Part shown: positions 1 to 7,551 of the stretch, in pieces
Position numbering within the stretch: the first letter of the stretch is position 1
Layout of the letters: each line of letters begins with the position of its first letter
Source of the DNA: Myxococcales bacterium
GTDB taxonomy: Bacteria; Myxococcota; Myxococcia; Myxococcales; Anaeromyxobacteraceae
Direction: 5' to 3'
Length of the DNA stretch: 16,429 bases
NCBI GenBank assembly: GCA_038320275.1
Contig: JBBQEB010000081.1
Span: 1-16,429 of the forward strand
Made by a program: the position numbers and the translations under genes
Notes under the pieces: generated by a model
Databases searched by the model: none
Seen by the model: only the letters and a program-made list of their open reading frames with translations
Told to the model about the DNA's origin: nothing

Positions 1-741
1 CGCGATGAGCCCCGCCGCGCCGGCGGCGACGGCCACCTCCACCGCCTCGTCGAGCGCCCCGTCGGACAGGTCCGGCGCGAGCTTCACCAGGAGCGGCTTC
101 GGGCGGGGCAGCTCCCTCGCGCGCGCGCACACCGCCGCGAGGAGCCGCCGCAGCGCCGCGCCCTCCTGGAGCTCGCGCAGCCCCGGCGTGTTGGGCGACG
201 ACACGTTCACCACCAGGTAGTCGGCGCCCGCGTGCAGGGCGTCGATGCAGGCCAGGTAGTCGTCCTCGGCTCGGGCGTTGGGGGTCGCCTTGTTCTTCCC
301 GACGTTGACGCCGACGATCCCGCGCCTGCCCTCGGCAGGAACCGCCGCCAGCCTGCGGGCGCACGCCTCGGCGCCCAGGTTGTTGAAGCCCATCCGATTG
401 ATCAGCGCCCGGTGCTCGGGGAGCCTGAAAAGCCTCGGGCGCGGATTGCCGGACTGCGGAAGCGGCGTGATGGTGCCGATCTCGACGTGCGAGAACCCGA
501 GCGCGAAGAGCGCGGGCGCGAGGACCTCGCCCTTGTCGAATCCGGCCGCGATCCCCAGCGGATGCTCGAACCGGAGCCCGAAGGCCTCCACCTCGAGGGA
601 GACCCGGCCCTTGGGCGCGCGGGCGCGAGGGAGCAGCGGGCCCGCTCGCCCGAGGACGCGCAGGCCGAGCCCCGCCATCCCGTGGGCGAGCTCCGGGTCG
701 AGGTGGAAGAGGAGCGATCTCGCAACGGGCCAGAGGGTCAC
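1..741 (-). CDS. pyrD: Quinone-dependent dihydroorotate dehydrogenase (class 2), 3' end beyond the window edge
   Basis: Not in the ORF track because it has no stop in the window. Manual translation from GTG at 741 gives MTLWPVARSLLFHLDPELAHG...GIAAGFDKG...EIGTITPLPQSGNPRPRLFRLPEHRALINRMGFNN...GVNVGKNK...YLVVNVSSPNTPGLRELQ...LLVKLAPDL...GLIA, the class 2 DHODH motifs. The start overlaps the upstream stop (GTGA). Confidence 0.96.
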   Translation of the reverse strand, partial: MTLWPVARSLLFHLDPELAHGMAGLGLRVLGRAGPLLPRARAPKGRVSLEVEAFGLRFEHPLGIAAGFDKGEVLAPALFALGFSHVEIGTITPLPQSGNPRPRLFRLPEHRALINRMGFNNLGAEACARRLAAVPAEGRRGIVGVNVGKNKATPNARAEDDYLACIDALHAGADYLVVNVSSPNTPGLRELQEGAALRRLLAAVCARARELPRPKPLLVKLAPDLSDGALDEAVEVAVAAGAAGLIA

Positions 742-1493
742 AGGTGCTCCGCGAAGTGGCGCGCCACCCGTTCCCACTCTCGCTGCACGACCACGGGGTC
801 GGGCACCATGTGGGTGAGCCCCGCCAGCGGCAACAGCTCGTGCGGGCGCCCGGCGGGCGCGCGGGGAAGCACGAGCGAAGCCCAAATCCCCTCCCCTGGG
901 CCCACCTTCAGGAGCTCGGTGGTGGGCGCGAATGGCGGCTCGACCGCGGCGGACGGGACCTCGGCCAGCAGGCGTCCCTCGAGGTCGAGGACGTGGAGGT
1001 CGTGGTCGCGCACGTACGCGAGCTTCGCGCCATCGGGCGAGAGCCGCGGGTCGAGCGGCGAGGGACCGGTGCGCAGCGCCTTCACCGCCCCGGTCGCGCG
1101 CTCCAGGAGGTAGAGCTGGCCGGAGAGCCCCAGCACGACGCGGCGCCCGTCCTTCGAAAGCTCGAAGCGGGTGAAGCCGCGTGCGCTCACCCGCCGCCGC
1201 TCCAGCTGCGCGCGCTCCTCCTTGGTGAGGGACTGGGACGCGCCGGCGAGGAGCTTGGCTGCATCCAGGAGCTCGCGCGTCGAGCTCGTGGAGAGGTCGA
1301 GCTCGAAGAGCGCCTGCACGTTGGAGCGCGGCCCCGAGCGCAGGAAGAGCACCTGCCGGCCGTCCGGGGTGAGCCGCGGCGAGGCGGGACGCCCCGCCAT
1401 GAAGCGGCGAGTCTCGGCGTAGTCGCGGAGGAAGGGATCGGGAGGCGGTGGGGAGGTGGTCGTCACGGCGGCGAGCAGGACCGGGAGGAGCAT
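738..1493 (-). CDS. Internally deleted dipeptidyl peptidase IV (S9B) family protein, ~251 aa, predicted non-catalytic (possible pseudogene)
   Basis: ATG at 1493 gives a hydrophobic leader (MLLPVLLAAV), then DPP-IV N-terminal propeller-type segments (PRLTPDGRQVLFLRS, EERAQLERRR, DPRLSPDGAKLAYVRDHDLHV) and an S9-type C-terminus (AGRPHELLPLAGLTHMVPDP...HFAEHL). No GxSxG nucleophile motif. Full-length S9B enzymes are typically ~700+ aa. Confidence 0.8.
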   Translation of the reverse strand: MLLPVLLAAVTTTSPPPPDPFLRDYAETRRFMAGRPASPRLTPDGRQVLFLRSGPRSNVQALFELDLSTSSTRELLDAAKLLAGASQSLTKEERAQLERRRVSARGFTRFELSKDGRRVVLGLSGQLYLLERATGAVKALRTGPSPLDPRLSPDGAKLAYVRDHDLHVLDLEGRLLAEVPSAAVEPPFAPTTELLKVGPGEGIWASLVLPRAPAGRPHELLPLAGLTHMVPDPVVVQREWERVARHFAEHL

Positions 1494-1675
1494 GGAGGAC
1501 GTGGAGCATGGAGCCGCCCACGCCCCCGCGCATCCCCCGCGACCGCGCGAGGGACTGGTTAACCCATTCAACGTTGCCCCTGCGGCGTCACTCCGCGTCG
1601 CGCACCCCGGCCCGCCGGTTCCTCACCCTGCCCGCGTCCGCATCAGGTGCGCATTCGAGCGCCGTCGAGATGAGC

Positions 1676-2173
1676 CTACAGGTCCGCCACCATGACGATC
1701 GCGTCCTCACCCTCGTCCGCGTAGTAGTTCTTGCGGATCCCCACCTGGCGGTAACCCAGCGCCTGGTAGAGGCCGAGCGCCCCCGCGTTCGACCGGCGCA
1801 CTTCGAGCGTGGAGAGCACCGCTCCGGCGGCCCGCGCCCGTCTCGCGGCCTCCTCCATGAGCGCCCGCCCCACCCCGCGCCGCCTCTCCTCCACCGCGAT
1901 CGCGATGTTGAGGACGTGCAGTTCGTCGTGGACGAGCCAGTAGACGATGAACCCGAGGACCGCCTCCCCCGCCGCGCCGCCCTGCGCAGGCAGGCCGGTG
2001 GCGAGCAGGACGGTCGCCCAATCGTGCGTCATCTCCCGGGAGAGGAGCTCCGCCGACCATGGATGGCTGAAGCCATCGTTCTCGATGGCCACCACGCGCG
2101 GGAGGTCGCGGACCTCCATGCGGCGGAAGCCCAAGGGCGAAGAGGGGTACGTGGAGCTCTTCGGAAGGCGCAC
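1676..2173 (-). CDS. rimI: Ribosomal-protein-alanine N-acetyltransferase (GNAT)
   Basis: Motifs IENDGFSHPWS, ELHVLNIAIAVEERRRGVGRALM (acetyl-CoA-binding RxxGxG), TLEVRRSN..ALGLY..LGY..VGIRKNYY...EDAIVM. GTG start 3 nt after the upstream stop; a later ATG (MEVRDL) is possible. Confidence 0.93.
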   Translation of the reverse strand: MRLPKSSTYPSSPLGFRRMEVRDLPRVVAIENDGFSHPWSAELLSREMTHDWATVLLATGLPAQGGAAGEAVLGFIVYWLVHDELHVLNIAIAVEERRRGVGRALMEEAARRARAAGAVLSTLEVRRSNAGALGLYQALGYRQVGIRKNYYADEGEDAIVMVADL

Positions 2174-2176
2174 GGG

Positions 2177-2857
2177 TCACCTCGGCCGCGCGCCGGAGAG
2201 GTCGTCGAGGATGCGCACGTCGGCGCGGGCGCGGAGATCGCGCACCAGCGCGCGCACCTCCTCGCCCGCCTCCTCTGCGATGCGCTGCTCCCGGGCTTTC
2301 GCCCGCGCCGCCTCATCGTCGGCGGTTCCGGAACCTTCGGGTCGGTGGCCCCGCTCGGCGTCTACCGCGGCCGTGAGGTGCGCCACGCGCGTCTCGACGT
2401 AGCGGCCGACGCGCAGCGTTCGGGCGAGCAGCGCGCCCAGCTCCGCCTCGTCGAGGCCGCACCGCCGCAGGAACGCGTCGTAGTCGGCCCGGCGCGCGAA
2501 CCGCTCCCGGAAGCGCCGCAGCTCCGCCTCCGTCTCGGCCGGCTCGACCTCCAGGATCTCGAGGCGCGTGGCCTCGTCGCCGAGCAGCGTCTGATCCACC
2601 GTCCACTCGAGCCCGGCCCGCAGCGCGGGGGCGTCGAGCGGCGCCGACGCCGCGAGGAGCGCCCCGCGGGCGACCAGGGCAACGCGCGCCTCCAGCTCCA
2701 CGCGGGTGAGGGTGATGATGCGAGGCTCCGGCGCGGCCGGGGAGCGGATCACCGCGACCACGGCCTCCGCCACGCCGGGGTCGGCCGACGGCGGGAGCGA
2801 AGGGGATGCGACCGGGAGCCCGGCGGCGAGGAGGAGGACGAGCGGCGCCGCGAGCAC
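2177..2857 (-). CDS. Exported SurA N-terminal-domain-like chaperone without an evident PPIase domain
   Basis: Signal-like N-terminus (LAAPLVLLLAAG), then EAVVAVI...IITLTRV, LEWTVDQTLLGDEATRL, AELRRFRERF...YDAFLRRCGLDEAEL, and C-terminal LVRDLRARADVRIL, resembling SurA/PrsA N- and C-domain patterns. Start GTG at 2857 or 2863. Confidence 0.6.
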   Translation of the reverse strand: MLAAPLVLLLAAGLPVASPSLPPSADPGVAEAVVAVIRSPAAPEPRIITLTRVELEARVALVARGALLAASAPLDAPALRAGLEWTVDQTLLGDEATRLEILEVEPAETEAELRRFRERFARRADYDAFLRRCGLDEAELGALLARTLRVGRYVETRVAHLTAAVDAERGHRPEGSGTADDEAARAKAREQRIAEEAGEEVRALVRDLRARADVRILDDLSGARPR

Positions 2858-2921
2858 GTTCACAATGTAGCCTTGCCGGCGGCGGCGCGCGGGCGTTCCG
2901 GGTCGAGGGCGGTTCGAGAGA

Positions 2922-2949
2922 TTGACGCGGCGAGCCGCGCGCTTAGGTT
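2922..2949 (+). promoter_or_regulatory. Sigma70-type promoter for the J-domain gene (TTGACG-16 nt-TAGGTT), probably leaderless
   Basis: TTGACG at 2922-2927 and TAGGTT at 2944-2949. The GTG start lies 6 nt after the -10 box. Confidence 0.6.
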
Positions 2950-2955
2950 ACCCCC

Positions 2956-3930
2956 GTGCCCGAGCGAGACCTCTACGAGATCCTGGGAGTGCCAAGGACC
3001 GCCAGCGCCAGCGAGCTCAAGAAGGCGTACCGCAAGCTCGCCAAGAAGTACCACCCCGACGTGAACCCGGGGAACAAGCCCGCCGAGGAGAAGTTCAAGG
3101 AGGTCACGGCCGCGGCGGAGGTCCTGAACGACCCCCAGAAGCGCGCACTGTATGACGAGTTCGGAGCCGATTCGCTGCGAAGCGGCTTCGATCCGGCCAA
3201 GGCCGAGGCGTACCGTCAGTACAAGCGGGGCGGCGCTCCCCAGGGCGGCATGCCCTACGACTTCGGCGATTTCCAGAGCGTGCCGGTCGGCGATTACGGC
3301 AATTTCGACTTCGGCTCCATCTTCGAGGACCTGTTCGGCGGCGGGGGCGGCCGCGGCCGCGGCGTGCGCGCCCGCAGGGGCGGCCCGCGCCCGCCCGAGC
3401 ACGGGGCGCACGCCGAGGCACAGCTCGAGGTGGATCTGCGCGATGCGGTCCTGGGCGCCGAGCGCGACCTGCGCGTGGACGGGAAGACGCTTCGGGTGAA
3501 GATCCCCAAGGGCGTGACCGACGGCTCGATCATCCGGCTCACAGGTCAGGGCGCGTCCGGAAGCGGCGGCGGCCGGGCGGGAGACCTCCACCTCCAGGTG
3601 AAGCTGCGCGAGCACGCCTGGCTGCGGCGGGACCACAAGGACCTCTACGTCGACCTGCCGGTGACCGTGCCCGAAGCCGTGCTCGGAGCAGAGGTCACCC
3701 TGCCCACCTTCGAAGGACCGGTGCGGCTGCGGATCCCGGCGGGCTCGGCCGCGGGCAAGAAGCTGCGCCTGCGCGGGAAGGGGCTTCCCGACCTGCGCGG
3801 CGGCGAGCGAGGGGACCTCTACGCGGTGCTCCAGCTCGTGCTCCCGGAGCGGAGCTCCAAGCTCGATCGCGTGGTGAAGGAGCTCGAGCCGCTCTACGAG
3901 GGCGATCCGCGCGCCGCCCTGACGTTGTAA
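2956..3930 (+). CDS. cbpA: DnaJ class B / CbpA-like J-domain co-chaperone
   Basis: N-terminal J domain (DLYEILGV...[18 protein letters not shown]...FKEV), G/F-rich linker ([12 protein letters not shown]), DnaJ C-terminal domain ([25 protein letters not shown]). No CxxCxGxG zinc finger. Confidence 0.9.
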   Translation: MPERDLYEILGVPRTASASELKKAYRKLAKKYHPDVNPGNKPAEEKFKEVTAAAEVLNDPQKRALYDEFGADSLRSGFDPAKAEAYRQYKRGGAPQGGMPYDFGDFQSVPVGDYGNFDFGSIFEDLFGGGGGRGRGVRARRGGPRPPEHGAHAEAQLEVDLRDAVLGAERDLRVDGKTLRVKIPKGVTDGSIIRLTGQGASGSGGGRAGDLHLQVKLREHAWLRRDHKDLYVDLPVTVPEAVLGAEVTLPTFEGPVRLRIPAGSAAGKKLRLRGKGLPDLRGGERGDLYAVLQLVLPERSSKLDRVVKELEPLYEGDPRAALTL

Positions 3931-3956
3931 GAAGCCGGGCAACCGGGAGGCACGCT

Positions 3957-4781
3957 TTGGGATTCCTCGATTTCTTCGGCAGCAAGAGCGGCAAGGACGG
4001 GCTGCGCAAGCAGGCGCAGCGCATCACCGAACGGTACGGGCCGCCCGAGAACCGTCAGAAGGTGATCCAGCAGCTCGGGGAGCTCGGCACGTCCGAGGCG
4101 CTCTCGGTCCTCATGCTGCGCTTCACCGTCCGGGCCGACCCCGGCATCACCGACGACGAGGAGAAGGAGGAGGTCTACCGCATCCTGGTGGACGCCGGCG
4201 AGGCGGCGGTCGAGCCGGTGAAGTCCTTCCTCCAGGACCACGAGTCGGGCGTCTCCTGGGGGCTGCGCACGCTGGCGGCGCTGCGTCCCGCCGAGGACGT
4301 GGTGGAGACCGCGCTCGCGCTCCTCCACAAGCTCGGCCGCGAGTACACGCGCGACCCGGAGAAGAAGCTGGTGCTCCTCTCCTGGCTCGCCGAGCACCAC
4401 GGCGAGCTGCGCGCGGTGGGACGCACCGCCGAGGCGGGTAGCCCTGGGAGCGCGAGCGCCGCGGCGACCGCGCCGGCCACCTCGACGGGCGGCATCCCCG
4501 AGCTCGCCGACACGCTGCTGCCGCTCCTGGAGGACTTCTCCGACGACGTGCGGATCGCCGCCTTGCGCGTGCTGGTCCGGCAGCCGCTGAGCGAGCGCAC
4601 GCGCACCGCGCTCGTGGAGCTTCTCCTGCGCGACCGCGACAACGCTCGCGTCCGGGGCGAGGTGCTGGGCGCGCTCCACGAGCTCGGCGCGGACGTGAAG
4701 GGCTTTCGGCCGAGCGTGGAGGGGCTGCTGGTCGAGCCGTACTTCCTCGACAAGGAAGGCCACGTGAAGCGCCGAGGGTAA
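3957..4781 (+). CDS. HEAT-repeat-like alpha-helical protein of unknown function
   Basis: TTG start with GGGAGG SD at 3945-3950, 26 nt after the J-domain gene. Helical repeats such as LLPLLEDFSDDVRIAALRVL and LLLRDRDNARVRGEVLGALHEL. Strong GC3 bias in this frame. Confidence 0.75.
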   Translation: MGFLDFFGSKSGKDGLRKQAQRITERYGPPENRQKVIQQLGELGTSEALSVLMLRFTVRADPGITDDEEKEEVYRILVDAGEAAVEPVKSFLQDHESGVSWGLRTLAALRPAEDVVETALALLHKLGREYTRDPEKKLVLLSWLAEHHGELRAVGRTAEAGSPGSASAAATAPATSTGGIPELADTLLPLLEDFSDDVRIAALRVLVRQPLSERTRTALVELLLRDRDNARVRGEVLGALHELGADVKGFRPSVEGLLVEPYFLDKEGHVKRRG

Positions 4782-4935
4782 ACGGTCAGCGACCGCGCTC
4801 GCGCGCGCGGAGTCGATCTTCCCGTTCACCCGTGAAGGTCCCGTGAAGCGCGGGCGTGGTCACAGGGTGGACCGGTAACGCATCGCGCCGTTGCGGTCGG
4901 CTCGATCGCGCGCCACGACCGGCTACACTCTCCGC

Positions 4936-7434
4936 GTGAACGAGCCCACCCAGGCCACCGCCGGAGTCGCGCCGGTACCCTTCTCGATCCTCGATCGATG
5001 GTTCCGCCCGGTGCGGGTTCCTCTGGAGGCTCAGCGCGAGCTGTCGGAGCTTGCCCGCCGCGGGACCATCGTCTTCGTGATGCGGTCGGCGGGGCTCCTC
5101 AGCCTGCTCTACCTCGCCTGGCTCACCCGCCAGCTGCGCCTCCCTCCGGTGCGCGTCGCGCTCGGCCTCGGGCGCGGGGCCGCCTGGGTGGCCCGGGTCT
5201 CCCGCGGATCACTGGCGCTCCGGGATGCGATCCGGACCCGCGAGAGCGCCGTCGTGTTCCTGCAGGGCGTCTCCGGGGAAGACCCCTTCCCCCTCCTCGC
5301 CTCCCTTCAGCGAAGCTCCCAGTACCCGGTCTTCCTCGTCCCGGCCCTCCTCCTCTGGGCGCGCCGTCCGCAGAAGGTGAAGCCCACCGTCGGCGAGATG
5401 CTGCTCGGCACCCCCGACGTGCCGAGCCCGCTCGCGAACTTCCTCGGCTTCGTGGTGAACCACCGCCGCGCGGTCCTGCGTCTCGGGCACGCCTCCGACC
5501 TGCTCGACTTCGTGCGGGGGCGAGCCACGTCGTCCGATGCCGTCCTCGGGCGCATGGCACGCGGCTCGCTGCACCTCCACCTCGCCCGCGAGACCCGCGC
5601 AGCCGTGGGCCCGCCCATGCGAAGCCCCGCGCGCACGCGGGAGCGCGTCCTGCGCGATCGCACGCTGCGCCGGGCCCTGGAGGAGGAGGCGCGCGCCACC
5701 GGCAAGCCGCTCTCCGCGCTGGAGGCGGAGGCGGCGCGCGACCTGCGCGAGATCGAGAGCCGCTATTCCCCGGGGTTCATCGAGCTGGTCCGCCCGCTCC
5801 TCGCCTGGCTCTTCGGACGGCTGTACGAGGCGGTGGACGTGGATCAGGAGGGGCTCGCGCGCGTGAAGCGCGCCGTCTCCGAGACGCCCATCGTGCTCTG
5901 CCCGAGCCACAAGAGCCACATCGACTACCTCGTGCTGTCCTGGATCTTCTACGAGCACGGCATGCCCCCGCCGCACATCGCGGCAGGGATCAACCTGTCC
6001 TTCTGGCCCTTCGGTCCCATCGCGCGCTGGGGCGGGGCGTTCTTCATCCGGCGCAGCCTGCGGGGCGACCGCGTCTACACCGCTGCGCTGCGCGCCTACG
6101 TGAAGCAGCTCCTGCGCGACCGCTTCCCGCAGGAGTTCTACCTGGAGGGCGGCCGCAGCCGCTCGGGCAAGCTGCTCTTCCCCAAGACCGGCCTCTTCTC
6201 CATGGAGGTGGACGCCTGGCTGGAGCACCCGGACGGCGACGTCCTGTTCGTGCCGGTATCCATCGACTACGAGCGCCTGGTGGAGGGCGCGGGCTACGCC
6301 CGGGAGCTGGCCGGCGGTGACAAGGCCAAGGAGAGCTTCCGCGGGCTCCTGCGCGCGGGGAAGGTGCTCGGGCGGCGCTACGGGCGGCTCACGGTCCAGT
6401 TTCAGCCGCCGGTCTCGCTGCGCGACTTCGCGGCGGCGCGGCCCGGGGGCGCCGAGGCGCTGGCGGAGGGCTCCGCGGATGGCGCGGCGGCGAAGAAGGC
6501 GCTGGTGCAGGCGCTCGCGAACCGGGTCGCCGGCGGCATCAACGACGCCATCACCATGACGCCGGTGGGGCTCCTCGCCGCGTCCCTCCTGGCGCACGAG
6601 CGCCGCGGGCTCGCTGCGGACGAGCTCGCGCGAAGGGTGGAGCTGCTCCGCTCGCTGGCGCTGGAGGAGAGCGCGCGGTTCGCGCGAGGCGCGGCGACCG
6701 CGAGCACCGACCCGCGTTCGGAGGGGCCCTTCGCCGACGCCATGACCCGCCTCGTCGACGACGGGCTGGTGCGCGTGGAGCGCGCGGCCGGGGAGACCAT
6801 CTACCAGGTGGTGGACGATCGCCGGCCGCTGCTCGACTACCACAAGAACGCGGTGCTCCACCGGTACGTGCCGGTGGCGCTGGCGGCTGCAGCGCTCCGG
6901 GCGTGCGGCTCGGAGGCCTCCGTGGGGAGCGTCGCCGAGAGGGCGCGCTGGCTCTCGCGGCTGCTCAAGCTCGAGTTCACCTATCGTGTCGGCGCACCCT
7001 TCGAGGCGCTCTTCGCCGAGAGCGTGGCGCGGCTGGAGCGGCTGCGGGCCGTGCGCCGGGACGAGGACAGGCTCGCCGCTGGCGTGGACCGCCCGAACCT
7101 CGAGTTCCTGGGGGCGCTGCTCCGCCCCTACCTGGAAGCCTACCGGCTGGCGGCCGCGACGCTGATGGAGGCGTCCGCTCCCGGGCGCCCTCCCCTCGAT
7201 CGTCGCGCCCTCGTGAAGGCCGCCCTCGAGCGCGGGCGGGCCGACCACGCGGCCGGTCGCATCGCCCTTCGCGAGTCGGTCTCCCGCGCCACCCTGGAAA
7301 ACGCCTTCGAGTGGTTGCTCCAGCAGGGCGCTACCCCATCGGAGGATGGGCCCCCGACCCTTCACGAGCCGTGGAGAACCGAGACGCTCCCGCTGCTTGC
7401 AGCGGATCTCAACCACCAACTCTCATCCTCGTAG
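4936..7434 (+). CDS. plsB: Glycerol-3-phosphate O-acyltransferase (PlsB type)
   Basis: Acyltransferase blocks PSHKSHIDY (HxxxxD), AAGINLSFWP, GAFFIRR, FYLEGGRSRSGKLL, VPVSIDYE. Length is ~830 aa. GTG at 4936 is preferred over TTG at 4891. Confidence 0.92.
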   Translation: MNEPTQATAGVAPVPFSILDRWFRPVRVPLEAQRELSELARRGTIVFVMRSAGLLSLLYLAWLTRQLRLPPVRVALGLGRGAAWVARVSRGSLALRDAIRTRESAVVFLQGVSGEDPFPLLASLQRSSQYPVFLVPALLLWARRPQKVKPTVGEMLLGTPDVPSPLANFLGFVVNHRRAVLRLGHASDLLDFVRGRATSSDAVLGRMARGSLHLHLARETRAAVGPPMRSPARTRERVLRDRTLRRALEEEARATGKPLSALEAEAARDLREIESRYSPGFIELVRPLLAWLFGRLYEAVDVDQEGLARVKRAVSETPIVLCPSHKSHIDYLVLSWIFYEHGMPPPHIAAGINLSFWPFGPIARWGGAFFIRRSLRGDRVYTAALRAYVKQLLRDRFPQEFYLEGGRSRSGKLLFPKTGLFSMEVDAWLEHPDGDVLFVPVSIDYERLVEGAGYARELAGGDKAKESFRGLLRAGKVLGRRYGRLTVQFQPPVSLRDFAAARPGGAEALAEGSADGAAAKKALVQALANRVAGGINDAITMTPVGLLAASLLAHERRGLAADELARRVELLRSLALEESARFARGAATASTDPRSEGPFADAMTRLVDDGLVRVERAAGETIYQVVDDRRPLLDYHKNAVLHRYVPVALAAAALRACGSEASVGSVAERARWLSRLLKLEFTYRVGAPFEALFAESVARLERLRAVRRDEDRLAAGVDRPNLEFLGALLRPYLEAYRLAAATLMEASAPGRPPLDRRALVKAALERGRADHAAGRIALRESVSRATLENAFEWLLQQGATPSEDGPPTLHEPWRTETLPLLAADLNHQLSSS

Positions 7435-7460
7435 GCGCGTTGCCGCAGCGCGTCTTTTTT
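7433..7460 (+). terminator. Rho-independent terminator after plsB
   Basis: AGGCGCGTTG-ccg-CAGCGCGTCT hairpin running directly into a T tract (7455-7460). Confidence 0.75.
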
Positions 7461-7551
7461 CCCCTGCACCAATCGGGCATCCTGCCCGCCTCGCTCCAGC
7501 GCGCACGCACCGTCCGGCAACGGAGCTCCCTCTCTCGCAGGAGATTCCCAC

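Noticed and set aside
2864..2955. Heat-shock operator (CIRCE or HAIR) upstream of the J-domain gene
   Set aside because: Neither TTAGCACTC-N9-GAGTGCTAA nor CTTGAGT-N7-ACTCAAG is present.
5209..7419. 736-aa antisense ORF to plsB, and similar long antisense ORFs (2860-3942, 7582-9033, 10228-11202, 12189-13859, 14117-15331)
   Set aside because: These are codon-register mirrors of well-supported genes. Stop codons are scarce on the antisense strand in high-GC DNA, and no family motifs are present.
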